Position numbers and translations under genes: made by a program
Part shown: positions 1-18,067 of the stretch, one piece after another
Layout of the letters: each line of letters opens with the position of its first letter
Numbering within the stretch: position 1 is the stretch's first letter
The notes under the pieces: generated by a model
What the model was told of the DNA's origin: nothing
The model's input: the letters and a program-made list of their open reading frames with translations, nothing else
Databases searched by the model: none
Assembly: GCA_012295275.1 (NCBI GenBank)
Contig: CM022669.1
Coordinates: 16,864,001 to 16,928,000 of the forward strand
DNA length: 64,000 nucleotides
Source: Chrysomallon squamiferum
Taxonomy: Eukaryota > Animalia > Mollusca
Reading direction: 5' to 3'

Positions 1-67
1 GAGGAGTTGCGTACGCAACCTGGTTAAGCAGACGACATTGTCATTACACTGCGCTAATATTTCGCGA

Positions 68-107
<40 letters not shown>

Positions 108-2426
108 GCTCGCCGTTTGTTTGGATGTTGGAGCGATGATGTTTGGTTTCAAGCGAAAAACCCGACTCCTGAAGAACAGGTTTCAAACGTTTGAATTTAC
201 GATTACTATTCCTTAATCTTTTTTCTCTTTCAAGTTTGTTCTATTTAGAGATACACGAGCATGCAAAATGGCGCTGAAAGGAAATAACTTTATTTTAATT
301 ACCCTACTGCCGGTTTCTGATATTACACATGTAACTTCATTATTACCTAATATTATCGCAGAAACGTAAACTAATTAGGTGAATAGTAGATAGTGGAGGA
401 AGTTATTTATGGACTCCGATAGAGAGTGACTTTTTGTATGTGTGTGTGGGACTGTGTTTGTCTGTATTCTTAAGTTCGTGTGTGTGTTTGCTGATCTTCC
501 AAACATTATTCCTAAGCACGAAGTACGTATATTAAATTTCTTACCATAACCTAAGCGGAAAAATATTTGTTTATAGAAAATTCGATCAATAAACCTATTT
601 ATAAATTTAAAAGCGACCTAATTATCAGTGCATCAGGCATTTATATTTCTTTCTATTTTCAAGGTTAATGTACAAGACGATCAGATTATTGTCAGGTTCG
701 ATGAGGTTATACTATATTCTGGAACATGACCGTAGACTGTAGGAAACATTAAAAGTAAAACAAATACATGATTTGTTCACTGCTTTAGACTGGAACTTCG
801 AGTTTATTGATTACTGTGTTCATAGTTACGATCTAAACATTGACACACCTATTCAATCACATAGGTAATGTCATAAAAACCTAGTAATAGATTAATTATG
901 TATGTTATACAGTTAAAGAATATTGTCTGTTCAATAATAATACACATTTAGTAAGTGACAAATAGTACGAGCCAGTGTTGTCCATTTTATATTATCCTAT
1001 GTATAATTTCTGTACAATTCTGTAAGATCAATAAATACTGATTACTATTATGTCCATATATTTTTGAAAATTTTACACCTTCTAATAAGCAATACTAACT
1101 TATTTTGCAGCTTATTTTATATCATTATGGTAACATTTTTGATATGCATATTGTCATATTGTCATTCACCTTTCTGTAAATGTAAAAACAAAAAGTCCCC
1201 GACAGACAAATATTTATCTCACTGTCGTAGACTGACTCGCAATTAAACACTTACCAAAGTTAACAGATAACATAATAAATTATTATTAAACGGACAAGAT
1301 TCTAACCATCTAGTCAAACAGTAAACAAATAAACTGAAAACTAACATTTATTCTCAGTTTTAACGTGCTAGAAGCTCGGATGAATATAAAGAAGAAATCG
1401 TCCTGAAATTTTGCGAAGTAAATTAATATTATATCAAAACCATCTGAAGTAAAGATTACTAAAATCAGATTTATTTATATTTAGTTAGCCTTTTCTAGCA
1501 CGGTTTCTAATTTCTTCGCATGTGTAATTTTGAAAACAGTGCACATGGCAATACACAAACAAATTCAGTTCTAGCCTAATGGAAGATTCGAACCCAGTCT
1601 CTAAGATAATGAAGAATTCTAAACTGAACAAAGGACTGGTGTGTAGGATAAGGTACTGTTTGCTTTGTTTGTTTGTTTATTTGTTTGTTTTGGTTTGTTT
1701 TGTTTTTATTTTTAATCTTTTTTTTTTTTTTTTTTCGTTCTCTGCTCGGTGCCTTCGGTTTATCAAAGGTCATGGCTGTATTTTTAGTACAGTAACATGG
1801 ATAAGAACTGCAACATGTTTTTGTTTCGTATAAAACCAGCGCTCTAACCACTGAACTACATACAGCACGTTCTTAAAAAAGAAGAAAAAGAATCAAAGCA
1901 TCCCTGCAGTATTTCTTAATGGCCTTCATGATACGCATCTATTCAACATGGTCGTCCTTTTCTGATACTCTAGCAGCTTTGCGTAATCATGTCCGTTCGT
2001 CCGTATCGCTTCATTACAGAATAACAAGCTGGTGTTCGGTGGCCCAGATAGATAACTGAATTTCCCACGGCTTACAGAGGGTTCTGTCTGCAAACAGAAC
2101 ACATGATACTCTGACAGTATCCCGTCATTCAAGAAAAGTCAGTCTGCGTTTTATTTCTTCACTCTCGTTTGTTCTGTTTGTTATTTATTTATTTTTTAAA
2201 TTTATTTCCGTGAGAATTAAATTGTCATCGTTATCGCCATCGTTATTAATAATAATCGTGATAGTAATAATAATATTAATTGTTATTATCATCTTTGTTA
2301 TTGTGTATATGTTTATTAGTTATTAAGAATGTAAATTAAGTGATAAAGGTTTTTTTAAAAAGTACGAAAGAAAAAGACAAAACCAAATAAAAACAAATCA
2401 AATTTGATGTTTTTCTTCAAATGTTA

Positions 2427-2489
<63 letters not shown>

Positions 2490-2577
2490 TCCTGGGCTTG
2501 CGTGATTTTAAAGTATGGTTTTCCTTCTTTTACCAAAGCACACACACACACACACAGTATCATCCTCCATCCATCCA

Positions 2578-2638
<61 letters not shown>

Positions 2639-3319
2639 CCAATAATAGATTTATATTTTATTTACACGCAAACATACCCTACCTTCAGCCTTCAGAAAAT
2701 TTAATATTTTTACTTCAAAAAAAAACCATAAAAATTATAATTTACACTTAACTTGTATTTATTAATACTATAAACTGTACCCAGTTTTTACGACTTTTAT
2801 GACAGTGATGAAGAACCTGTAACAAGTCCTGTCAGGTAACTAAGTCCTCTGTTTTTGTTTGCCTTCATGTAAGATACGGATTCACCATGTTGTGTGGGGC
2901 GTATGCAGTTGTTACTGCAAGGTGTGACCAGACATGTACGCTGCAGCTGACAGAACTATGTGATGGCATTCTCTATACGTTACACTGGTGTTACTGATTT
3001 AGTGTGGCTCGGTTCAAGTGCTAATTACTGACAGTACGTTTTATTCGGACTCGTATGAATGTGTGATGCTGTTTATAAAACATATTGCTTAACTTGCTGT
3101 GAGTGCTGTTACCTAGTACTGAAAACTGAGAGAAAGACATAAATAAAATTAAAAAAAACTAAATAAATAATAATAATAATAATAAAAAACAGCAACAAAA
3201 AAAAAAAGTTCGAGAAAGAAAGGTGAAAAGTATTTGGATAGAGCTGGGTAAGTGGTCAGTTTCGAAAATATTAATCGTCAATTCATCCATCCATATATGC
3301 CTGTCTGTATTTGTGCGTT

Positions 3320-3447
<128 letters not shown>

Positions 3448-3572
3448 TAACTAAACTGACTTGCAATTATATAAAAACAAGTTCATTTTTTTTTCGTGAC
3501 ACTATAAACCAAGTAATTTTAATTTTTGCTTACACCAAATACAGCAGCTAGCACAGACAAAATTTCCTACAA

Positions 3573-3628
3573 CAGACAAACATTATACCTCGACAGACAA
3601 ACATTATACCTCGACAGACAAACGTTAT
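3573..3628. repeat. 21-bp minisatellite, ~2.6 copies
   Basis: CAGACAAACATTATACCTCGA repeated directly. Confidence 0.8.
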
Positions 3629-4809
3629 CTTCTTACTCAAAATTCGTAGAAAAGTCTTCCACAGACTGTTTACACGCCACACTTGTATTATTAATACGAT
3701 GGACACTAAGAGTTGTGTTGTGTGTGCTTTCCCATTCTGACAAGGCCGGCTTAAAAAGAAAAAAAAAAATACATATATACTGGAATCCTCGAGATAAAGG
3801 CACCTCCCGGTTTCTCACCTGCTAAGGAATCGGTCTTTGATTAGGTAGAACCTGTCGTTAATGGTATTTATCGTGGATCTGTGACGTCAGCAGCCCGCCA
3901 CCCAGGGTCTGGCGTAGCCGGCGAGATGGCTGAGGAAGGCTTAAACTTCGAGGTGGCTCCATCCAGGATAAGCCTAGACGCAAGATAATAGTCACTGAAC
4001 TCTGCATCAGACGGACAGGCAGGCAATCCCCGGACTGTTCACACATTTTTGCGCTTGGAGATAGTATTATAGAAAAAGGGACAACATTAAAAGTGCACTG
4101 TCCATGAAAAATCAGACAAACGTTGTGCTACAGATTTTTAAAATTAACGTCAGCATAGAACTGTGTGTTTTGTGAATTTATTTCTTTATGTCTATCTATT
4201 ATTTTTTTTAAACTGGAATATCTTTATTATCATTATTCGAAAAGAAAAACACAACTAGTTCTGAAATCAGATCTAGCTGTCGTAAGAAATATTCTGTAAT
4301 TTTTTATTATTAAAAAGTTCTGTTTTGATTTATCTGAAAATGAAAACAAACATCGTCATTGTAAATAAATGCATAAATAAATAAATACATTAAGGCCAAG
4401 TAATAAAGGCAAACAAATGTTAACGCCTTTATACCGTGTGATATAATTAAGTTACACATCCAGTGCAAAGAGTTAGATGAAAGACTCACAAAAAAGATGA
4501 CTAACTTCAAAAATATTTTCTGTTTATTTTCACAGAATGGCATATACATTTATTCTGTAAATGTATTTATTTTATCGTGGGCTTTCGTTCATCCAGCAGG
4601 AACTGTAAAACGAATTTATTTTACTGCTTTACATTGCTCAATCTACTTTTTTTTCTTTCCGTAAATAAGGGCATTGCCTCATTTTCTTTTCTAGTTTTTG
4701 CCTCGGGGAAAGTTTGTTTTCTTGTTAAGAAATTGCCCGTGCGAAAACAAAAACAAACAAATTAATGATTGTCGCTTGGAATGCATTTGATGACACAGCA
4801 AATTTTTCA

Positions 4810-4920
<111 letters not shown>

Positions 4921-5177
4921 TCTCATAGTTATAATATTGAATAGTAGTAGTGATAGTTGTTGTTGCAGTAATGGTAGCAGTAGCAGCAGTATCAGAAGTA
5001 GTGGTGGCAGTATTAATAACAGTAGTTACAGAGGTAATGGAAGTACTAGGAATTAGGGATAGTAATAGGAGTAGCAATTCATTTTCTTCTTCATCATCAT
5101 AATAATAACGAAGATAATGATAATGATAGTAATAATAACAACAACAACAACATAATAATAATAATAAAAATAATAAA

Positions 5178-5214
<37 letters not shown>

Positions 5215-5522
5215 TAATCATCATCATTATTATATGCATATAGGACTGTTTTACTTGTTTCTGTGCCTGACTTAACCACAAATAAGTATTCATATCCTGT
5301 ATGTTAATGGGAAATTTTCAGATGTAAGTAGTTGTCTTGTCGTAAAGGATTTTGTTCGAGTAATCTGCTGGATTTAAATCTCTTTAAATTATTCCAGAGT
5401 ATCTAGGTTGATGGATAAGACAAACTCTACATGGAATCTTGTAATTCTTCTTTGTTATTTACTGTTGTTAGGTTATTCTCTGATTGTCTGTCTATCTGTC
5501 TGTCTGTCTGTCTATCTCTCTC

Positions 5523-5613
<91 letters not shown>

Positions 5614-6492
5614 TTATATTTCTAAATAATTAAATACTGACCATTATAATAAAAGAAACAACTAAATGTTACATGAAATTAATAAATAAATTAATTAATT
5701 AATTAAATAAATTTTGACAATAATTATGCGAAAGAAAATTCATGAGGCAGATTGCTAGCCGAGTGATTAACTGCTCAGTCTTATTAGCAATTTTGATACA
5801 ATGGAATTTCATCTATCAAAGTAAATACAGATTTTTTTTCTCTCTCTCTCTCTACAGTTATGTGTTCATTGGAGCTGTCTATTAATGTATAACTTTTATT
5901 AGGTTAAACAAAGTATTAGTTACGAAAAGAAATATATATGAAAAATAATGTTAAGTAACGAAACAAACATGACTTTCAGGTTTTTTGCAAACACTTTTAT
6001 TATTATATATATGAAACAAATGAAGTCTATTTACTGTAAAAATTACACATATATATTTTCATGTTAAAAACAGAAGCATACATTACATCAATAATCTACA
6101 GTTTTGTGTATTAAATTTCGCCTTCCTTGACAAGCAAAATTAAAATAATAAAACAAGTATATTAAAATAAGCAGTTCTTTCATACATCTTAAAAGCAAAA
6201 TGCAATTTGCTGTCATATGCTTGTGTTCTTTTTAATAGTCTTAGTCTGCTAAGCTCCTGTTTATATATGTATATATTCGTAAAATAAAATTTACAATTAA
6301 TATTTACATATCTATGAAGCAGAATGTGTAAAACAAAAAAAGATAATAATAATAATCATAACTTGTGTAAAGAAAGTATACTGAAATTTTGAGGTAATTA
6401 CTTAAGTTTATAAAAACAAATATTCTGCAAAGAAACATTTCTTACCTCCATACAATTATGCTGTTATATTCCCATCATTATTCAGAATCGTG

Positions 6493-6527
<35 letters not shown>

Positions 6528-6650
6528 GCATAGGAATTTTTTTTAATTTTTTTTTAATGTACTCAAATTCCTGTTTTTAAAAGATTACTTTTCTATTTTT
6601 AAAAATACTGTTATCTCCTTTTTGTTCCTTTCAGATTTAACTTAAACAAA

Positions 6651-6685
<35 letters not shown>

Positions 6686-6704
6686 AACAATAAAAATAAT
6701 AAAG

Positions 6705-6743
<39 letters not shown>

Positions 6744-6777
6744 CAATAACAACAATAATAATTATTACTATAATGAA

Positions 6778-6812
<35 letters not shown>

Positions 6813-6893
6813 ATGAACTGTTCAAAAATTACTTTCCATTAATTTCTCTTTTTCTAAAAAGACAGAAAGCCCAGAAGTATACACAGTTAGTGT

Positions 6894-7271
6894 TTATTGT
6901 GAGCAGTACGATGTTTCTTCTGGAGCTACAGGTCTTGGTTCGCACTCTGTTACAGTCAGTGTCTTGGGGCCATTGTCAGTGGTGTCACCCACGTGGACTG
7001 GGTGACACTTATCTCCAGGCTGGTTCATGATTATCTTCCATATGTTGGTCTCTTCCTCCGCTTTGTGAGAATTGTGATAAATGTGTGCCGAGATCTCGTA
7101 CTCAGTGCCAAATTCAGTTCTGACGATGAGTAAATAAATGTGTAAGTAAGTGAGTAAATAAGTAAATAAATAAGTGAATGAATGAATGAATGAATGAATA
7201 GACAAATTAATCAGTTATTTAACAAACAATATATATATATGTATCCATATATATAAAAAAAATAAAAAAAA

Positions 7272-7326
<55 letters not shown>

Positions 7327-9323
7327 AAAAATAAATAAATAAATAAATAAATAAATAAACAAATGAATGTATGAATAATTAAACAAATCAATAAATAAAT
7401 AAACAAAACAAGAATTAAGTAATAACAAACAAACAAATAAAATAATAAGCTGTAAGTAAATTAATACTTAAGTAAGAAGAAAGACAAATGAATTGTTTAA
7501 TCAGTTAATTAAAAAGATAGTGAATGAATCCATGAAATATGTAAGTTCATTAACTAAACAAGTTCCTTATTATTTTCGGAGTATCCTAATAAAAAATATA
7601 GTTAAAAAAAAGAAACAAATAAATAGAGAATAAATAAATAAATAAATAAATAAACAGATAGACAGACAGACAAGCAGACAGACATACAGAAAGACTGACA
7701 CACAGACAGACAAACAAAATAACAAATAAATAAAAGAGGTACCTCAAGAAGTAGGCCTGTTCTACTGCCAGATTTCTGTGTGTCTTGCAGTGAGTAATTA
7801 TAACATTTTCATTTGCCTGGAAAAATTAAAAAAATTAAAAAATAAAACAACAGTTTATCCATTAAAATATAATCTTGATTATTTAGAGTAGATAATTAAA
7901 GTTCATTTATAATCTGACTGTCTATCTCTCTGTATCTATTTGTATATCTGTCTATCAGTCTATCCGTCTGTTTATATATCTGCATTTATTTATTTATTAT
8001 TTCTATTTTTAATGTTCTATTAATATTTGTTACTAAATTTTCGCATGTTAATATTGTGTGTTAATAATTTAACTTACACCTTCACATTCATATTCAAAAC
8101 GATGTAAAGAATTAATGCACTGTTATGTAAAATGCATAACATTTATTAAATGTTCAGTGTCACAGATACACTCTATATCTCTCTCTGCTGATATTTTATT
8201 ATGATTTTCTTTTACAGTAATGTTACTTCTAATATTTTATAAACTGTTGATCACCTTAATATTCAAACATTATTTCAAAGGATTAATTACCAAAGATAAA
8301 ATATTCTTTCATATAATAATACTAATCTTCATGATAATGTTTATAATGATAATGAAGATGATAACAATATTAATAACAACAACAACATCTTTAATAATTA
8401 CTATTTTATCTGTTTAATGTACAGAATATTTCAGTTGTATTTTATAACTATTTTGTTTTCAACAATTTTAGTATACATTATATGTTCTGTGTTATTTTTA
8501 TTATTGCTATACAAACATTATGATATCATCATCATCATCATCATTATTATCATTATTATTATAATTATTGGGTGTTATTCTTACCGGAACTGGAGCATAT
8601 TCATATTCCATTCTAACTTGAGGATTCTTGTGTAGTATTTTCCAGTGAGTGAGGAAAGACGATTCTGCCACCAGCTGTACTAGCTGGTGACGCGACTTCT
8701 TGGTGCAGTTTTGAAATGTTTGCTTGTCACTTTGTAGATACAGCTTCAGAAGAAAAGAAAACATAAAGAAATGAAATAAAATAAAATAAAATGAATGTAA
8801 AAAAAAAAAAAAAATGGTTGAATCTTGCATGAAAATAAAAATCTTCATATTGTAAATAAACGTAAAAGTAAGTAATGAAATAATGTAAATTTTTCTTTGG
8901 GTGTCTAAAATTAACTTAAATAACATAAGATTCATACTCATTCGAGATAAATAACTAAAAATTCCTCAATTTTGTAAATAAAGCAAGTACAAACTCCATA
9001 TAAATATATATATAATCATTACAGAAATTAGTTTTTGGTCTTGTTTTGTTATTAATTTGTTGGGTTTTAATTTTTTTTTTTTTTTTTTTAAATGATACAA
9101 TATATATCATTAATTCCATTTCATATAATGACACTCAGTACTCATTCATGGATAAAAGGATAATATGATCTGTTCACAGAATTCAACATTTAGTTTGCAA
9201 ACACTCACTCCGGCAGCTTCAGGCAGTGTACATAGCTGAAATGGCTCTCCATACTTTAATGTGGTGCCATCTGGTGATCCATCAGCACTAAATGAAATAA
9301 TAACAGTAGTAGTAGTAGTAGTA

Positions 9324-9382
<59 letters not shown>

Positions 9383-9666
9383 AACCATCAGTATAATCAT
9401 AATAAAAATAGCAGTATTGATGGTTGTTATAAAAGTTAATAATAGTACTAATAATAATTTGACCTTAGCAGCAGCAACAAAAGTAGTAGTAATAGTGGTA
9501 GTAGTAGTAATAGTAGTAATAGTAGTAATAGTAATAGTAGTAGTAGTAGTAGTAGTAATAATAATAATAGTAATAGTAGTAGTAGTAGTAATAATAATAG
9601 TAGTAGTAGTAGTAATAATAATAATAGTAGTAGTAGTAGTAATAGTAGTAATAGTAGTAATAGTAA

Positions 9667-9710
<44 letters not shown>

Positions 9711-11127
9711 ATAGTAATAGTAGTTGTAGCAGTAGTAGTAGATGTTGTAGTAATAACTGTTGTTGACTAACACTGACCTTTTCACAACAAAAGCTGTTCT
9801 CAGCACTGATCGACACTTGGTGGTTCCGGAGACTGGGCTTGGCGCCTCTATCTTCTGCGAGAATTTGGAACTGTCGGACATGTCGAGTGCCAGCAAGCAG
9901 GCGTCGCGTGGTTTCGTGTCCATGGAGTAGACAACCCTGTCTGTATCCTCCTTGCAGAACAGGTTGATCACATCACCAAAGTGTACATATCCATCCCTGG
10001 AAATGCTGAGTTCCCACTGGAATTTTATAATAAAAAAATATATATATGTATATATATATATATATATATGAGGATTGTATACAGTTGGGATGAGGTGACA
10101 GCATTTCTCTTCTTTCCCGGTTACTGCACTATCCAATTACTATACTAATTCCAAGACATTTATTTAACTAAAAATTAAAATTAATTTGATTATTTTCTGT
10201 AATGATCCTTGCATATTTTAAAAAACTCCCAATGCTGATATAACATGATATGTTAGACTGATTCCTAAGTAAAATTTTACATTTTATTATATTTGTCATT
10301 TATTAGGCCTTAACAATATCCTATTTTAAATGTAGTAATGCAATTATCAGATATTATTTCAATAATTATCTTTATTATTGCGTGATGGAAAAACAACATA
10401 GACAAATCTACCTGATTAACCTGGACAAAATAAACAATAAACAATGAAAGTTGTTGTTTTTGGGGGATATTTTATTTTTTTTTTTTTTTTTTTTTTACCT
10501 TTTCATTTAGTCTGGCAGCTAGATTTGTATCTTGCTGAATATACAGTTGTCCTTTCTCCCTTTTTTCTAGAAAGTCCTTCAGCATATCCTAAAATAAAAA
10601 AATAATGAAATGAAATAACAAAGTTATAAAATATAATGAGGATTTTACAGGATCATAGGTAATTCATGCAGTTAATAATAATCATTCATGACTTTCTATT
10701 TGTATCAAAAATATACTAACTGTATATATATATAAACTAAAAGAAATTCATAAATCATCTAAACAGGAAAAGATTCTTCTGATTTTTAAACTGTAAAATC
10801 TTTTTAAAGAAGCAACACTGATTTTGTATTTCTGACTGAAATAAATGTTATAAATTAATCATTGACAGATAACAGTTCCCAACAAAAAGGTAACAGAAAT
10901 GATATTTTTAATCATACATTAAAGATTCAGATTATGGTGTTCACAAGCCTGTCATAAGCACAACATGTTACAATAATGACAACATGAATAATTGAACATT
11001 TATAAACAAACAACAAAATAAATAACATTTATACATATACCGATCATATTAAACTTACTTCTTCCAATGCCAAGTCTTCATTCCAGTTTCCAACACGAAC
11101 AGCCGGAGAATACGTTCTTACACTCAT
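6894..11127 (-). CDS. CFAP161: Cilia- and flagella-associated protein 161 (7 exons, ~311 aa)
   Basis: Exons 11127-11059, 10588-10499, 10016-9778, 9287-9209, 8743-8585, 7816-7743 and 7119-6894, all GT-AG with compatible phases (936 nt). N-terminus MSVRTYSPAVRVGNWNEDLALEE|DMLKDFLEKREKGQL matches the CFAP161 'VRIGNWNED..LEE' start. Also contains DGYVHFGD, LKYGEPF, IITHCKTHRNLAVE and FGTEYEISAH. Confidence 0.9.
9296..9756. repeat. Compound (TAG/TAA)n trinucleotide repeat in CFAP161 intron 3
   Basis: Fills most of the intron between exons 3 and 4 and produces the poly-Y/V/L pseudo-ORFs in the ORF track. Confidence 0.95.
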
Positions 11128-11996
11128 GATTTCTTGTCAAAAGTTAATTTTTTGACAACCAGACAGAAACAACCAAATCTTCTAGGATAGAATCGTTTAC
11201 CTTGGCAACAGAACAGTCCTGCAGTTAAAGTTGATTTCCGTAATAAAAAAACAAATAATGTTTATTTGTCTTATGTTTATTTTAATTATATAATAAATAT
11301 CGTTTCATATTCAATAATAATAATTCAATATAAATAAATTTATTATAATATAAATATATTTCCGATAATTTACAGCGAATGACTTACTAAAGATTATTAA
11401 CGTTGTTGGTTTAAGACGTCATATATTCCACTGGTCATAGTAGTGTATTAAAACAGGTTTCAGTTTGATCTAGAAGCCAAGACCAATCTCTGCTACAATT
11501 TATTTATTATTTTATTTATGTAATTTTCTTTTGTTTTTCTTTATAGCCAAATAATTATTTTTCGCTTTACTAACAATTTCTTTTTAAAAATACAGACGAT
11601 AAATATTTATAAATGCTATGCAGAATTAAGAAAAGAAAACAATTTAATATTATATTACACAATCGGCAAAATTAACAAAATGAATACTTTGTGGAAATAA
11701 TAACAAAAACAATGTTAAAGACTGGAAATATGTGAATAATGTTGTTATTAAACCTATTATTAAAATTTAAAGATTAAAAGAAAATAAATTCATTTTTTGT
11801 TTAGACAAAATATTTTAATATGCACAATTTTGTTGTATTTACTCGTAGTGGAGGATTTTAGACAAAAATAAACTGCTGTGAGAAGCGGTATACATTACGA
11901 GAATAGGTTTAGAATTGGACGTGTCGGCCATTTTGTATGGGCTATTTGGAAAAGTGCCACTTTTATTTTATTTTGTTGTAGTCACATTTTTCTGTA
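11128..11996. promoter_or_regulatory. Divergent promoter region shared by CFAP161 and GOLPH3
   Basis: The start codons are ~870 nt apart in head-to-head orientation. X-box on the CFAP161 side; YY1-like GGCCATTTTG at ~11926-11935 on the GOLPH3 side. Confidence 0.6.
11196..11209. promoter_or_regulatory. RFX X-box-like element upstream of CFAP161
   Basis: TTTACCTTGGCAAC matches 12/14 of GTTRCCATGGYAAC with an intact GGCAAC half-site. It lies ~70 nt upstream of the ATG of a ciliary gene. Confidence 0.6.
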
Positions 11997-14732
<2,736 letters not shown>

Positions 14733-16037
14733 AGTGCTCTCAGATCATTATGTGGTGTTCTTTCAGGTTTTATTATGATTATTATTACTATTACTATTAA
14801 TGCTGTATTTGGTTCTTCTTTTCTGTTTTTTTTTTTTTTTTTTTGTCTTTACTTTATTTTAGTGTTTTTTTCTCTCTGATGTCACACATGGTCTGTACGC
14901 AACCTTGTGACTGGAATATGAAGTGTGGGCATTTAAATAGTTGAGCATATTCACTACAGTGGGGGAAATTGTGCTGGAGATCATGAAATATGGAAAATTA
15001 TAATCTAAAAGCGAAAAGAGGTTTTTTGCTATAATCTTCTCTAAAATGATTCCAGTATTGATTTTTAGATGTCTTAATATGCAAAGAATGTAAAAAAAAA
15101 AATGGAAATTATAATACTTACAGTACATATGTATATGTATAGTTTGTAAAGCATAGGATAATGATTGGGTTTTTTTAATTTTTTTTAATTTTTTTAAACA
15201 GTTAATTATTGGATATTCAATATCTGAGGAAATGTTTCCATCTGAGTTATATTTTCCTTTCTTAAGAAAAAGTTAAATATATTTCAACAACAACTGGGAG
15301 AATTTACTCATGGTTAAAATGTAAGAATAGATGATTTGTTATATGTCATGCATGAATTTTAATAAAACAATTTTCATCTGATGGAATTAACAATGTAGAT
15401 GTTTTATTTATTTTGACATGTTCCTATAGACATGAATGTTAAGTCTATGTGTGTGTATACTTACATATAAAAATACACATCTGTATATTTGGTCATATAG
15501 ATTATTTTGTAAATATACCTTGGTGTATGTACATGGCTGTGGATCTGTAACTCTGTAACTATGTGCATGAAATATTCTTTCTGATTTTTATGGAAAACTT
15601 GTATCATAGGTTGTTGATAATAAATAATAATTATTGTGGATGGAAAAGTATTGGACTTAAATTGTAATATAGTTCAGTGATGATTTTGTTTTTAGATTTA
15701 TTATTATTTTATTTATATATATATATTTTTTCCCCTTGATTTATTAACATGTACCAGACAGGAAATAATGAGTAGTTTAGAACTGAAGATGCAAAGCTAT
15801 TTGTTCTATGTTGTTATAAGTTTAGAATGCCTGGTTCTCTAGATGACTGTTTAATTTTAATTTAAAATGTAACAATACATTTGACGACTGTCACCTACAG
15901 TTTAAAAAAATACCTGTAATTTTACAAGACAATATCTTGTTTTTTTTGCATCTTAATTAATAAATTTATTATCCTGTCTCATGTTGATGTTTGTTGAATC
16001 AGAGAACTGGAAATATTAAGAGGTTTTTGGAGTCTCT

Positions 16038-16070
<33 letters not shown>

Positions 16071-18067
16071 CTATCACAATACAACTTAATGGGTTTTGTT
16101 TTCATGTCATCAGTTAATTTTTGATTAGAAATAAGAATCACAGAATTGGTGATATTGTCATTTTTATTTATTAACTTTTTTTTATTATTATTACTTGTTT
16201 TATTTTGTTTGATTTTACTATTTAAGTCTGAATATGAAATGATTATTAGCTGTATCAATTAAAACTGAAATAATAGATGATAAATTTTTTAGACTTTATT
16301 GATGAATTCATATTTCACATTCTCTTTACATTTTAAGGAAAAGTATTCATCTTTTCATAATCATACATACTAAATGTCAGTGTCTAAACGGGAGATCATT
16401 GCTATTTTAAGATGATATCATTGAATAATGATTTTCTATAACCATAAAAGTGATCACATTTTATTTTATTCTTATTCTTATTATTTTTTAATCAGTACCT
16501 TATTTGAACCTTACAGTGCAAATTTAATACACTGATACTTGATTTTAATTTTCTGCTTAACTTAAATTTACTCTATAAAGGAAAATAAAATTTCGGTAGT
16601 CTAAAAGTTGTATTCTGTTTGTAAATTCAATTTCATAGAATTTAAATTAGTACTTAAATATATCTCATGTTTATAATTGTTTTTCAGAATCAACACAGAA
16701 TTATTACATTAATAATTAAAGATTTAGGACTAGTGAACCAGAATCATTCTAAAAACATTTCATTTGTTTGAAAAAGAACCACCCAAAAGCAAACATTAAA
16801 ATAAGAGTGGAACAGCAATTGGAAAAGTCTTGAATTTGATTATAGTAAATTATAAATTTATTTTAATGGAATTCCTGGGAAGAATTTGAATTCTGTGATT
16901 TTAAAATGCAGACTTGAAATATCATGGCATAACTATATAAGTCAGTTAATTTTGAAGGGTATGGTAACAAATGTAATCTAAAAAAACAAATAATAAATAT
17001 AGTTCCATTAATATATTGTGATAGCAAAATTAGTGATTAAATGTGTAGTATATTACAGAACATCTGTTGAAAATATTGATGTTTTGTTCTGGAAAATTTG
17101 TACATTGTTCTGGAAGTGTTTTGGAACTTAATGTGCTGTATTATCTGGAGTAAGGACTGTTCAAATTTGAGAGATCAATATGTCACCTAGATCTGATTGT
17201 GTGTCACTACTACTTTTCTTAATTGCTTTATCAATAAAATAAAATAAAGTAATATCTGGAAAGAAACTCATTATCTCGTAATTAATCTATTTATTTATAT
17301 CTTGCATTTTATAAAAATATTAATTGACAGGTAAGCAAAAAGAATATTTTCTTCTTTCACAGGATGATGTAAATGAATAAAGGAATTGACCCTCTTTATT
17401 ATTATTTTTTCATTTTCAGATGTGTTCACAATGTTTTTATCCTATTCAGTTTTTATTCTATTCATATTATAGTTGATAGAGATGTTTTAAATATATTTGT
17501 TTTAAAAGGAAAACTGTTACATTAATTTCAAAGATGTATTATTTTTTAAAATATATGTGTTTTGTTTTGCTCATTACATTTATGTTCTTTTCATTAGATA
17601 ATTTATATGAACATGAAAAATAAAAGGGCCAGTTGTGTGCCTCTACTAGAAAAAAGAAAAGAAATCCATTTGATAAGTTGGTTAATATACCTTTTTAAAT
17701 AGTTTGGGTATGGTCTGTAGATCAACTATTAATTAAGACTCATTTGTAGTAGTAAATCTGTATTTTATCTCTTAGGTTATGCTCAGAAGGTGTTTGTGTG
17801 TGTGTATCTCGGAATTAATTTATTTTTATTATTATTTTTTTTTTGTATATATTTATACTTCTATAATTTACAATGAATTGTTAAATAGAGCAAATTTTAC
17901 ACTTGAGTTTTCTATTGGATATATTTGTTGAAATGTCAGTACTTACGTGTGACAGGTTTTTTCTTTAAGAGTAGGAATAATAAATACAGAACAAATATCC
18001 TTTGCAATTTGAAATATTATATTATTATAACCCTGGAAAAGTTAAACTTAGCCTCCTCTTAGTAAGG

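Noticed and set aside
1926-2132. 68-aa minus-strand ORF in a moderately GC-rich patch
   Set aside because: Non-ATG start, no recognisable motif and no convincing splice partners.
3573-3628. Direct repeats as a CRISPR-like array
   Set aside because: Contiguous tandem units without spacers, in eukaryotic DNA.
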